From: Obrimoposthia wandeli
Taxonomy: Eukaryota
Assembly (NCBI GenBank): GCA_977020255.1
Contig: CDROCS010002398.1
Span: 310,001 to 374,000, forward strand
DNA: 64,000 bases
Direction of reading: 5' to 3'
A program made the translations under genes and the position numbers. This document shows positions 23,201 through 35,264 of this stretch, piece after piece. Position 1 is the first letter of the stretch. Every line of letters starts with the position of its first letter. Below the pieces are notes generated by a model, which made no database searches, had not been told where the DNA came from, and saw only the letters and a list, made by a program, of their open reading frames with translations.

Positions 23201-25370
23201 AATTTCTGTACTCGTTCTGATTTCTTTTTGCTGAAACCTAAAACCCCAATGTTAACTAAAATTAACAAAATGTATTCCAACAACGCGCCTCGTGATATCC
23301 TCTTAATTCTGAAAGATTATGAAAGCAGATCCCTTCCTGACCTTAGATCAATAATCTCTTATCATACGAATCTGTTCAAACCCGTTATCACCTCTCCAAC
23401 ACTCCTATCACTTGCGACTTATATTTCATTTTACCACGGGAAGTTATTGATGTTTTTACTCATCGTGACTCTGGCCATAGAGAAAATTTTGTACATTACT
23501 TCCAAAGGCATTATAACTGTCAAACTTCTCAATATTTTTCTCACACACGCATCCTTTCCCGAAGATTGGCGTTTCTTTTAAACAATACTTATTCTCAAAC
23601 CCGATAAAGACCAGTCCTCCGTTAATGGATGGGGTCCGATTGCTAAATTAAGTACGATCTATAAACTCCTAACTGCAGTATTGTCCAATTGCTTCGCTTC
23701 CCAACTATGTTCACTCTTCTAGAAATCCATAAACATAAAAATGGGGACATACAAACCTGCTTTCATAGCGGATCTGCCTTTATACTGGTATTCGAAGGCA
23801 TTTCCAATTATATATATAGGCAAAATCGGGTAACAAACATCCATACCTTTATAGGGGTTGGGCTTCTTTACGGACGTGCCTTCATAACGGTGCTCTACTG
23901 TATTTAGTAACTCCATAGCTGCATTCTTTATCGTGGTAAGAATGAACTTCATATTGCCTTTCTAGACTTTAAAGACGCATTTTCATCTATCTATCTATCA
24001 TTCGCTCTCTTTCAACACGATGAAATCACCTTCCTTTACGAAATATGTATCCTCACCATCAAATGTGGCAAGTTTGTCACACCACCTATTCCAGTGGCAA
24101 GAGAAATTAGCCGGGGCTGTCCTCTTAGTATGTTTATCTTCAATCTCGTGTTTGACCAGGAACCCGCCACATCCAAGCATACCCAGGCACCTTCTGCTTT
24201 TATGATCTTGCAATTAAAATTCTTGCGTATACTGACGATTTAGTCGTCTTTGCCAATTCTCAGCTTGAGCTCCAAACCACGTTTATCCACTTTTTCAACT
24301 TTACATTTTCTCTTCAGCTCACCTTCCGTCCAGAAAAATATGTGCATTTTGCTCTCATATGCAACAACATTAGCCCTATCACAATTTGCAACAAACCTAT
24401 TTCGTATATTTCGTATATTTCCGAATTTTAGATTTGTTCAAATACTTAGAAGTTCCCATTGACTTCCAGAAATTTAATAGTATTAAAGACCTCATTTTGC
24501 AAGTCTTTAAATCACTTTAATAAAAGTTTCCTATCCGGTCTAAAAAGGGATGCTTCCAAAGTCTTTCCCCACATTAGATTCATCTTCTTTTTCGCACCCT
24601 TGTCAATTGCTGCAATGCAACTTATATTCTCCCTACTGTCACTGCTCCTCCATCACTTGACCTCAATATCAAAACCTGATGTAATTTTTGGTTGTTCCTT
24701 AACCTGCAAAATTTGTACTAGCCTTAACGTTTATTGTTCATCTACTCATCGCGGCGGCCTTGGACTTACTCCATTTGAGGTTGAATTTCACTTTCAATTC
24801 ATTGTTCACACCTTCGTGATCCTCAACAGCAATGACCCCATGAAATGACCGCCCTGAAAATGTTGATCGCACTGGAGCCACTGAAAAATGCCTTACTTTA
24901 GTCAATACCTACTGCTTCTCTCTTCCACAATATCAAGTAGGTTTTTTTTTGCTTTTATTTCCAGTGTTCTTGGATCTTTTAACAAAAAACCCGAGATAAT
25001 GCTGAAATGGTTGGTTTTCTCCAGAATGAATATATATAATTATTTACGAGTATTACGTTGAGTAATATTAACCACTTACGATATAATTACTATGCTTTCA
25101 CAGCTTAAGTTAGCCAGCTTTTCCCAGTCCCAACTGTCCTGAATCTCGACTTATGAACCTGAGTCTCGGGTGTTAGATCTCTGCCGACTCAGATATGACT
25201 TTCCTCCTCCGGACCAGCACCAATCTATCTCTCTCGTTATCTCACTCGCCGGACTGAAGCACTCCAATGCCTCTTCAGTCCTAACTTACCATCTCCACCC
25301 AGCAGCCTCTCTTATGATACTTTTTTCATTTAACCGGTCTTCTCATCTTCTCTCTCCCCTAAAATAATAA
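20240..25370 (+). mobile_element. Highly degenerate non-LTR retrotransposon (boundaries approximate)
   Basis: RT motifs in fragments: TILILKPDKD...WGPI..LSTIYKLL (~23580), IAFLDFKDAFSSI (~23960), SRGCPLSMFIFNL (~24110), ILAYTDDL (~24220), RGGLGL (~24750). Confidence 0.75.
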
Positions 25371-26342
25371 TATTAGAACAATGTAAAATGCGTAACATTT
25401 TGAGCTGGCACCGAAGTGTAATGGTCCAGTCTAGTCATATAGCACGAAGATTGCGTAAATAACATGTAAATGGGATAACTCAAGGGGAAATCGAGTTGAC
25501 TCGATATTCAACCACTTACGAGGTATACTAGATAAAGAATAAGTTGTAAATAACAATAATAATGTAACTGTAACAAATGTAATGCTGTGACAAATGTAAT
25601 AAGAAAACTAAATATAAAAAGCAAAACTAAAAAAGAATTGTACTGTAGAAAAGAAATGCATAAAAGCTAAGTGCACACTACTCTTCAATTTATCAAGAGT
25701 TCGGGTAAAAATATTTAAAGAATTTTTAGGACTTGATCAAATTTTATTCAGATTTTGTTTTAGAATTTTTCGCATTTCTTATCTGAAGTGTAACGGAAAG
25801 GTTTCAGAAACATCAAGGGTAACTTAATCTTTCTTCTCATTCATGCTTTAACTCTTTCAAATCCAAACATAAATTTGCCCGAAAATTAAGGTAAAAGTTG
25901 AAATGAGTTAAAATGACTTGTTTGGGAGATGTAACTGTAATTTTTTGTAATTTTTGAATTTTAAAAATGTGACATATTTTTACATTTCAAAAACTAATAT
26001 TTAAAAAAAATAACTTCAACCAAACGGCGAGACCCCAGCTGCATGGTACATGTATTTTATTTCGAAAATAGTCTAAGGAACTCATGTACGGCCTAATCAA
26101 TGCCATGTACTAAGAACTCTATTAAGAAAAAACCTGATCAGATGGTCCTGGTATATTGCTATATTTTATGAGTTTTTAAACAATTAAATTTAGTGGAATA
26201 GTCGGCCATTGTTCATTTGTCGATATTTTAAAATCGGATTCTTCGTAAACTGCTATGGTTAATATATTTTTTAAAGTTTTTAGCATTTTTATGTGTCGTT
26301 CCTTTCAACTACTTGTTTCTGCTCTTTAAGACAAAATTGTTG

Positions 26343-26760
26343 CTGGCTTGTCTAAGACCCTTTGAGGATAAAAATGGCTTCTACATTTATACCCACCCAG
26401 TGACAGTAGGAAATATTTGCGAAACAGCAAAAATCTGCAAGTCTAAGTCAGGGGAAGTATCCACACCCGAAGAGACTTTTGACTTTGGCGTTAATATCGA
26501 TGCATATACTTGGGTGAGCGTGTCAGACACTCTTTACGAAAGAGGAAACAACAGCACCGACTGGCGCTACTTCAATGGCACTGAGTTCCAGAATATTTCG
26601 CTGTGGTCACAAGGAGAACCAAACTCAGAAAATATGGACTAATATTTTGTTGCGGGGGTGGACAATACCAAAATACATTGTCTGACTGTGGACCAGACGT
26701 TCCAGCGTATCTTTACTACACATTCAATATCCAGTTGCCTAAAAAATGAACATCTGTTGA
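26343..26760 (+). pseudogene. C-type lectin-like domain remnant
   Basis: YTWVSVSD...WRYFNG...LWSQGEPNS pattern with an in-frame stop at 26640-26642. Confidence 0.55.
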
Positions 26761-26854
26761 TCATTCTACCACAACGAGGGCAGCTAGCAGTGCATCCTAG
26801 CGATATACATGTTAACATTGTTACAACAACAACAAAAACGATATTTAACTAATT

Positions 26855-28034
26855 ATGGGTTGTGTGAAAAGCGAGTTGTGTATTTTTCGTTGGACTTTGT
26901 TGTTGAAACGGAGCATTTGAAGAGAATTTTCATGTAAATTCAATTACTAGTAGCAATTTAGTTGATTTAGAATTTTTATTCAAGGTTTGCAGGATAGTTA
27001 TTTAGATTTATGGCAATATGTAAAAGCTAAAGCCACTAAAACCGATGCAGAAATTTGTAAGAAGCCAATAATTACATGTTTCATACTCTATTTAAAGATG
27101 TTTTACTAAGTTTGAATATTGTGAAGATTGAAGGTGGTAATAACACATATTGTCTAAAGGCAATACTGAAATTCTTTTGAATTTTTGCACTGATATGAAA
27201 AAGACAAATTCACACTGCAGAGGTTATAATTCGATTAATGATGCTCGTAAAGGATATCTGACAAAGTCTAAAGCTTTTGAAATGTGTTGTTTGTTGCGAT
27301 TAGATTTTTTGGCAAACCAAAATACTTCAAACCTGTAGTTGATATTCATTTATGGATGCTAAGAAATGATGCTACTCATTGATTAATTACAAATGTTGCT
27401 AATAATAAACCGCTGTTGCAAATTTAAGATGCTAGATATTATGTAAGACCTGTAAAGGTTGAAAACTCTGTAATTATCGATCATAAGATTGATTTACTAA
27501 CTCAGAATTTTATTTATCCAATTCGTAAAATTCGGATTGTTAATTATTCAATCACAACTGGCGCCAATTCAAAGTTTAAAGATCAACCATTTGAAGATTA
27601 TGCATTACCGAAATTTATTGATGTATGTTTTCAAACAAAATCTAAATTATCTGGGAGTTTTAATACTGGTGCATCAACCTTTCATCACTTTAAAGTTTCT
27701 GATATAATTTTAACAAAAAATAATGATTATCGAGAAACACAAACTGCCGATTTTAAAGGTGATAGTTATTGGGCTGCATATACAAAATGAAAATTTAGTA
27801 ATATGAGTATTTTAGATATATTATTTAATAATGGAATATTTTATTCTGATTTTAAATTGTACTTTTCTTTTTGTTCACGGCTTTGAAATAAACACAACTC
27901 AATTACCAAAGAATGGTAATTTAAAAATAGAAATAAAATATTTTGAAACCCTTGCTGGACCCATAAGTGTTTTAATTTACGGAATATTTGATTCTGAGGT
28001 GCAGATTACAAGAAATAAAACAGTCATTGTATAA
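26855..28034 (+). pseudogene. Third hexon-like major capsid gene, heavily decayed
   Basis: Starts MGCVKSELCIF, ends GPISVLIYGIFDSEVQITRNKTVIV*; internal fragments align by eye with the 3716 and 37538 copies. Confidence 0.85.
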
Positions 28035-28250
28035 AGTAAGTACTTTTTATAATTATTAATTTTTTAGTACTTTAGAGATTTTGTAGTTTGAAAAAATTTC
28101 GCTTGGTGATGAATTTATTGAAGTTTATTCTTTGGATAAAATTCCAAAGCTTTGTGATTGTGGTTATGTTATTTTGGTGAAGACGCATACGAGCAATATT
28201 TTTGGTGAACATGGGATTGCTATACATGTCAATGAAAAAGAAATAAAGGT
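28035..28250 (+). pseudogene. Truncated adenain remnant
   Basis: GTAAGT...TTTAG micro-intron remnant (28036-28067), then VYSLDKIP...KTHTSNIFGEHGIAIHVNEKEI. Confidence 0.75.
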
Positions 28251-30330
28251 ACTCAATCTTCTCACTAATGAGTGTCACAGAAACAAAAAATCCTGTCATG
28301 ATGCATTCCTGGATATCGCTGATGCCTTTGGGTCAGTACCAATAGACTTCATCGTGAGAATGATATTGAAAGTTAAAATTTCTGAAAATATGTGTAAACT
28401 TGTAATCTATAAGGAGAACAAAACCGACATCAAATGTGGAGAAACTAAAATTAAATATATACCAATTAGGAAGGGTATACGCCAAGGTGGTTCATTGTCC
28501 GTGATTATTTTTAATCTCTGTATTAATCCCGTCATTGAGGCAGTGCACAAAGTACCCAACGCTGGATTCAAACTTGGTTATACTCATTTTGCTACCCTAG
28601 CATATGCAAATGATCTTGCCTTACTCGCTGAAGGCAAATCTGTACTGAAGATGATGGTGGATACTGCAGCAGATACTGCAGCCAGGATTCAATTGAGATG
28701 GAGACTCTATATCTGCAGTAACTACATATGGTGCCTACATATACCTAGGTATGAACAGGAATACAGATACAAAACACAAATGTGAGGATCTATTTGAGGG
28801 GAATCTTGACATGACTATGAAGATCATGGACATTAGACTGTATCCTCAACTGAAAATCTCGGCGTACAAAAGCTTTGTACACTCCACGTTTGTATTCAGT
28901 TTCAGGCAAAACAACATATCCTACGACAGATTCACCAATGATAGATGTACTAAAGGAGTAACAAAATACGCGTATGACCGGCAAGTGAGTAAACAACTCC
29001 GAAGAATTGCAGGACTGCTTAAAATACCCCTCTTGGAACCTTGCATAGAAACAAAGATCATGGAGGATTCAGTTTACCAAGTATCACGAATGAGTATAAT
29101 ATACAGGCCATAATCCAGGTCTTCAAAATGGCGAATGCATACCATGGAGGATTACGACAAGCCGTTAGACTTGAATTAATCTCTTTAGCAAGTAAACGAA
29201 TCCCGGAATGCAGATACTTTTGGAGTTGCCTAGCCAAAGTCGTAAATGAAAAAGTCATTCAAGCAACAGACAGAAATGAGTGGTCAAGGTATACTGAGGC
29301 TCACAAAAAAATCAAGAAAGAGTTGAATTTCGAAATTATAATCTCTAGAGAAGCTACAGATGGTGAAAATGATGAAGTAATAATTTGAATTAAGAAGGGT
29401 AATGTTAATACCGTACTTATAAGCGATGATAACAAAGGAATCAGTGCCAATCTCCACAACCAGATTGCAATTGCTAGGACTGAGTATGCAAGAATTAATG
29501 ATAAACCAGGATTGGTGATTTATGAAAATGCTACATCTGATACGGACATTAACAGGTTTATCCTAAAGGGTAGACTCACTCGTAAAGCATGGTACTTTAT
29601 ACACAAAGCCCGAATAGAACGCTTGTATGTTAAATTCCTATATAGTAAGTGTGAAGTTAACTGTTGCCGATATGGGTGTAAAAGAAACAATAAAACATCA
29701 CCCGAGACAGTATCTCATGCTATAGTAGGATGCTATACAATGCATCACTGGAAAGTACATAGGCATGATATGGTAGTTCGAGAAGTATATGCCTTACTTA
29801 AAATTGCCCTAAATGACGGAGATACTATTGCCATCGAGGAAACTACTACAGTAAGCAAGCAAAATCAGATATTACGGTAAAAGGTAGAACCTAAATTTAC
29901 TGTGGAAATTAAAGTTCCCTTTGGCAGTAATATGATTCAAAATAATAGTTACAACAAAGATATAGACAAATATCAGAATCTAGTCGAGACTACACAGAAA
30001 GACAATAGTGACAAGATTGTAGCACTCTATGTCATTAGAGTGAAAACCCTTGGATTCTGGAATACCGACAACAACCAACTCTTTCGGGCTTACAAATATT
30101 ACAAATATTCAGCGGCAGACCGAAATAAGATTAAAATCCGAACTCATAGAAACTTCTTGTTCTAGGTGGAATTGGTTTAGACTACGTGTAGTTTCAGAAA
30201 CTGTGGATACAATACCTGATCGAGTAGATTCCCTGACTGCCGAAAAGTTGTAGAAGATTGAAAGATGGATGTATGTATTATGAAAATAAATTAACCAATT
30301 AAAATTTCTGATCAATACTTTTTGGAATAA
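28251..30330 (+). mobile_element. 5'-truncated RLE-type non-LTR retrotransposon (R2/NeSL-like organisation) inserted into the adenain relic
   Basis: AFLDIADAFGSVP, KGIRQGGSLS..FNL, LAYANDL, HGGFSLP, CRYGC...ETVSHAIVGC (CCHC), RHDMVV, VEIKVPF; frameshifted; 3' end approximate. Confidence 0.8.
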
Positions 30331-31940
30331 ATTGAAATACTTACTTTTCCAATACTCTGGAAATACTCAGAAAATGCTGGCACAACCTTGGAAACACAAA
30401 GCAGTGTCATACAAATAATCTCCTCTGGATATTCATTGGTCCAACATGAAATAGAAGACACTTTACGGTGTATCGCTACAAGGAATTTAATTACCTGAAT
30501 GTGTTTACTATGAATATAGCTTTCTTATCTTATCTTTTAATTGCCTCAGGTTTTAGCCTCTGCATTTACATTTATGTTAATTAAAACATTAAACCAATAG
30601 GATCTTCATAGTAAATGCATGATTTCCAATGATCAAAAACATAATGTCGTTGCTGCTTTTTCGGATGATCCTTACGCATCTCAATGTAAAATATTCTATT
30701 AGTCAGTCTGGTGCATGGCCAATTTATTATTTTTGGTTGTAGGACAAATTTGAAATAAGTTGTACAAAGAACTAATTCTAGGCAATATAAGAACTGATGT
30801 AAATGCTTATTCATTTATTGCAAAGCTGTCGTATATGAAGGCCATTTTGAGAAATTGCTATGATAACTGTTTTTGTATAATTTTTCTATAAAGTTTTGTT
30901 AATATATTTTTAAATAAATACTACTTTTACTGTTAATACACTTTCTATTGAAAACCTCTGAAAGGCCACAAGCTGCTCATGATTTGAAATCACAAAATAA
31001 ATTTTCGGATATCCGAAAAATAAATTGGAAGTTTGTGTCTTGAATATTAGAAGATATTTCTATTGATATTACATAAATTTTTCATGTTTATCAATCTAAA
31101 TGTGTGAAAGCCGATATCCGGTGGGTCATTATATTAGTGTCTATCTAAATTACATGATACGATTCTACAATACATATGGAGATCAATAAGCTACATCAAC
31201 AGAAACGATTCGGGGGTCTTAAATCAATTATTGCGAGTCAGCGGAAAACCGACATTGACATCCTACAGCGACAGACAACGCATTGTTACGACAGAGTGTC
31301 AGGGAGTAAATTGATTTATTGGTAAACACGATCAAATAGCGAAGAGTTGATTATCTGATAGATTGTGATGACGAAAAGCTCATAAATATTATAGGATGTT
31401 ATCTCTCTATAAGGAAACTTTCCTTCCTCATTTCCATCACATATTTTCTCTTAAATGACAACAACTACAATATATTTATATATGCTTATTTAGAGTACGC
31501 TTTTTTAAGGCTGTTCCACAAAACACAGAAAAACTTCAATATCAAAAATCTTTTAAAAAATTTACCAAAATTTTAGAAATCTAAGTTTAGTTTCTTGGGT
31601 TTTAAACATATTTTGTTTTGATAAATATTTAATATAATTGAATTACTTAAATATTATCTGGTTTCATAAATGTGCAACTTGTTTAGTTTCAAAAATTCAG
31701 AATTTAAATATAGTTGTATCTTTTTGTAGCTAAATTATAAAATTATAAATATATAAAGTTTGACTAAATGGTCACACGCAAAAGCAACATTTGTTAAAAA
31801 TCATCTCACTGTGCTTTAAAAACTGTTTATGTGCTTTAATAAGAAATGTTGATTTGTACGAAATATTTGCCATTGTAGTAATCTTAGTAGTAAGAATTCT
31901 TTTTCTATATGTCTGTTCCATGTTCATTTTATATTATTAA

Positions 31941-32060
31941 AGTAGGTGGATGTGTCCGGTCTAATCCACACCCCCCCCCCCTTTGTCCTTTAAAACCGAG
32001 CATGTGTGTGGAGTGAAAATTCGTGCATGTGTGTGGAGTGAAATTTCGTGTATGTGTGTC
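31941..32060 (+). repeat. Left terminal inverted repeat of element B (imperfect)
   Basis: Shares the terminal 27 bp (1 mismatch) and the TGTCCTTTAAAACC and GCATGTGTGTGGAGTGAAATTTCGT blocks with the right end. Confidence 0.85.
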
Positions 32061-32344
32061 TCCATCCCACCCAAAGGGGAAGGAAGGGGGTACTACCTCC
32101 CACACCATATTTGTTAAACTTTTACCATGAATCTCAAAAGTGGTTAGAGAAGACCACGAGAATCCATATTGACCCCGGCGGCTTTTCGCAGAGGAGATTT
32201 CAAATATTACTACTATTTTTAAGAAAGATTTTAGATTAATAAATTACTACATGTTAAATATCTATGTCAGTTTTAGAATTTAGAGGAGAAAAATCGGTCA
32301 GATCTATATAATTTAGAGGAGCAAAAACAAAATACGAGACAAAA

Positions 32345-32779
32345 TTACTTTGTTCCCATTTCATCTTTCTTGTAACCATAAAGTCGAATTGTTAGAGTCC
32401 ATTGCTTCTTTTTCGGAAACGCATCAATATCAACATATCTTCCATAGTCATCTAGAAATGCTTCATCGGCTCCTCGGATATAAAATTCGTTCTTATTGAA
32501 AGTAAAATTTGGAACTGCCTTTTCTATTTTCTGTTTAAGATATTGAAAATCAGGTTTTTGAATACCTGATAGATAGTAGCTGAACTTTCTTCTTTCAATT
32601 GTCACAGGATTTACTAAAGCAATCAGTTGAGCCTTCTTCAAGAATCTGACTTTGTATTTGAAATATTGTTTCACTTCTTCATACATATCCTTATCCGATT
32701 CTTCAAATATTTCTTCGTCATCGCTTAATACCCGTTGGCTATCGTCCATCGTTGATAATTGTCTTTGATATGAATGCAT
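32345..32779 (-). CDS. Hypothetical protein with acidic N-terminus
   Basis: Clean 144-aa ORF in AT-rich DNA inside the element, divergent from the TBP-like gene, with a TATA-like element upstream. Confidence 0.65.
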   Translation of the reverse strand: MHSYQRQLSTMDDSQRVLSDDEEIFEESDKDMYEEVKQYFKYKVRFLKKAQLIALVNPVTIERRKFSYYLSGIQKPDFQYLKQKIEKAVPNFTFNKNEFYIRGADEAFLDDYGRYVDIDAFPKKKQWTLTIRLYGYKKDEMGTK

Positions 32780-33028
32780 TTACTGTGATTTGTCCTCCAA
32801 TGGCACATTCTTTTATACTAATTTCTAACAAAGACATGAATCTCATTGGTTAATATAACTAAAGCATTGAATTTGATTGGACTAAATCTATATTAAAAAT
32901 CAAAATTGATTGGAAGAAATATATCATCCAATTATAATAGCTTTGCAAGATAATTACAAGAAACGTGCAATAAAAAAGCAGGTTCAGACATATATAAAGA
33001 AGATTTTACAGAATATAATTTCAGTCTA
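32780..33028. promoter_or_regulatory. Putative bidirectional promoter (TATA and CCAAT boxes)
   Basis: TATATAAAG near 32990, TATAAAA on the minus strand near 32815, and four ATTGG/CCAAT boxes between the divergent ATGs. Confidence 0.45.
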
Positions 33029-33567
33029 ATGAAACTCGTAAATATAAATTATAAAGGTAGAACAGAAGATGATGTTTCGTACTTACCATTCAATGAATGG
33101 AAGCCGAGACAATATGTAGAAAAGTTTGACAATTTCACAGTTGTTATTTTTCCTACAGGTTAGTTTTTTATTTTATTTTTATATTGAATTCTTTAGGAAA
33201 TTGTCTTGTTATGGGATGCAAAATACCAATGCTTGGGTTCAATTTACCATTTGGAATTCAAATCACTGCAATACAATCAATCACGATTTCGGCTAATCTC
33301 GGGAAACAGATAAATCTTTTTAAAACTGCAGAGAAAATGAAAGAAGAATGCATGTTTGAACCAGAAATTTTTCCTGCTCTCAGTTATTTGAAGTTTAAAC
33401 CGCTATGTGTAAATATATTTTCCAGTGGTAAAGTTATGATATTGGGATTGAAAAATTTTGATTATCCAGACATAGTTGATTTGATTTTAGAAAATATATC
33501 TTATTACATCTTGTTATCTATTTTCTATAAACAAACCCCGTTTAAACTTATTGTTTCAAATGAATAA
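33029..33567 (+). CDS. TBP-like (TATA-binding protein fold) protein, 2 exons (intron 33159-33196)
   Basis: Spliced product MKLVNINY...VVIFPTG|NCLVMGCK...FEPEIFPALSY...VNIFSSGKVMILG: both TBP repeats are recognisable (cf. IFSSGKMVCTG, YEPELFPGL, IFVSGKVVLTG). Confidence 0.8.
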
Positions 33568-33832
33568 TACTATAAATAGAGACAATGAAGTGGATCGGCT
33601 TGCCGATGAAATATTTTCTGGAAAAATTAGGGGTAAAGAAATTTTATCAGAATTAAAAAATAATGATATAACAAGAGATAACATTGAAATATTGGTTAGA
33701 TCACACGTTATTCGAGAATTTAGAAATCTTACACAAATAAATAAAATTATAGCCAAATATTCATTAATTAATTTTTGTATTTCATCTACAATAGCTCTAA
33801 CATTGTACATTTCAATAAGGAAACTTCTATGA
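33560..33832 (+). CDS. Small protein with C-terminal hydrophobic helix
   Basis: Open 90-aa ORF ending YSLINFCISSTIALTLYISIRKLL, directly upstream of the ATPase. Confidence 0.55.
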   Translation: MNNTINRDNEVDRLADEIFSGKIRGKEILSELKNNDITRDNIEILVRSHVIREFRNLTQINKIIAKYSLINFCISSTIALTLYISIRKLL

Positions 33833-33869
33833 TAATATAAACAATATTAAAAATGAAAGAGTATATGCA

Positions 33870-34559
33870 ATGGAGCTAAATAATAATGCTGTATTTCAAA
33901 TAGTTGGTCCCAGTGGAAGTGAAAAGACACATTTCGTATGTAAATTGTTGCAAAATGAATCTCTTTTCAAATCTAGTATTTCAAATCTAAATATTTTTTG
34001 GCATCATGGTGGAGGAGGGGAAAGCGGGTTAACCAAAACAGAAGTTTGCAAGTTGAAGGGTATAAAATTTATTGAAGGATTTGATGCAAATTGGTGTGAA
34101 AGATTGAAAAAAGAAGATGTAATAATAATTGATGATTTGTATGAGGAGGCTAACAAGGAATCGGACTTTAATAATTTATTTACAAAGATTGCAAGACATC
34201 GTGAAGTTACAGTTATATTTATCACTCAAAATCTGTTTCACCAAGGAGGTCACCATAGAACAAGAAATCTTAATGTACATTACTTAGTTTTATTTAAAAA
34301 TCCTAGAGATCAAACAGTTGTTGATTTTGTGGCCAGACAGGCATTTCCTCAAAATAAGAACTTTCTAGTTGATTCATTCCACGATGCTGCTAAACAAGCA
34401 CATGGGTATATATTTATTGACTTTACACAAGCTTGCCCAGATGATTTACGTGTTTTAACAGACATATTTAATTCTAAGGGAGTAACTGTTTATAAACAAA
34501 TAGAGAACAATTATAAAAAATATATTCGCAATGCCTTTTACAAAGTTGATAAAATCTAA
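33870..34559 (+). CDS. A32/FtsK-like packaging ATPase (Walker A mutated to GPSGSEKT)
   Basis: Highly similar to 146-796; G-to-E change in the P-loop. Confidence 0.93.
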   Translation: MELNNNAVFQIVGPSGSEKTHFVCKLLQNESLFKSSISNLNIFWHHGGGGESGLTKTEVCKLKGIKFIEGFDANWCERLKKEDVIIIDDLYEEANKESDFNNLFTKIARHREVTVIFITQNLFHQGGHHRTRNLNVHYLVLFKNPRDQTVVDFVARQAFPQNKNFLVDSFHDAAKQAHGYIFIDFTQACPDDLRVLTDIFNSKGVTVYKQIENNYKKYIRNAFYKVDKI

Positions 34560-34687
34560 GAAATCAAATAAAAGAATCATTAAGAAAAAATAAGTGAAAA
34601 AATTAATCAAATCTGTAGTTAGAAATAAAAAAAAACTTAAATGGCTTCGAATATAAACAATATTTAAATTGAACCTTTTTTATTAAA

Positions 34688-35017
34688 ATGAAGAAAATAC
34701 AAAGAAGCATACCCTATTTTAAAGCTTTAGTCAAAGCCTCTTCTAATAAGAGAATGATTATTCTTAAAGCATTTCCATCCTTTGTTGTAGATGATTTATT
34801 GGAAGTTTTGTATAATATAGTTTTGGGTCGAGTAAAAGTTGGAAATCGGAAAAATATATTAAAAAAATATAGAAAAACTCTTCTAGATATTGCTAATGTA
34901 AAAAGTAAAAAAAGGAAACGAAATATTATTCTTAAACAGAATGGTGGTTTCATAGGGGCTGTTATTCCAGTTGTTGCTTCAATTATCAGTAGTATTATAG
35001 CTGCGACATGTTCATAA
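34688..35017 (+). CDS. Basic pVII-like core protein
   Basis: FPSFVVDDLL shared with the 793 ORF; ends LKQNGG-FIGAVIPVVASII. Confidence 0.75.
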   Translation: MKKIQRSIPYFKALVKASSNKRMIILKAFPSFVVDDLLEVLYNIVLGRVKVGNRKNILKKYRKTLLDIANVKSKKRKRNIILKQNGGFIGAVIPVVASIISSIIAATCS

Positions 35018-35045
35018 ACAATTATTTCTAAAATCAGCTAAAGAT

Positions 35046-35264
35046 ATGGGTGCTAGCCCTTCTTTACCTAAACTTAAATTTTCTTTCTATTCAAATTGTT
35101 GTAATGGAGAAGATATGGTTCAATCCAAAAGATTCAATTGGCTACACCGGAGTTTCAAAATTAGCAAAAAGAACAAAACAAAATTACAAGAAAACGCAGA
35201 AATGGCTGAGCGACCAGTTAGCCTACAGCCTGAACAAGCCGATGAGAAGAAGGTTTCCAACTAG
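35046..35264 (+). CDS. Small putative N-myristoylated protein overlapping the integrase
   Basis: MGASPSLPK...SNCCNG; conserved with the ORF at 1255. Confidence 0.55.
   Translation: MGASPSLPKLKFSFYSNCCNGEDMVQSKRFNWLHRSFKISKKNKTKLQENAEMAERPVSLQPEQADEKKVSN

Noticed and set aside
28132-28785. Apparent adenain-reverse transcriptase fusion ORF
   Set aside because: Best explained as a 5'-truncated non-LTR retrotransposon inserted by chance in frame near 28250; the protease lacks its Asp/Cys half and has W>G in HW, and the RT is frameshifted.
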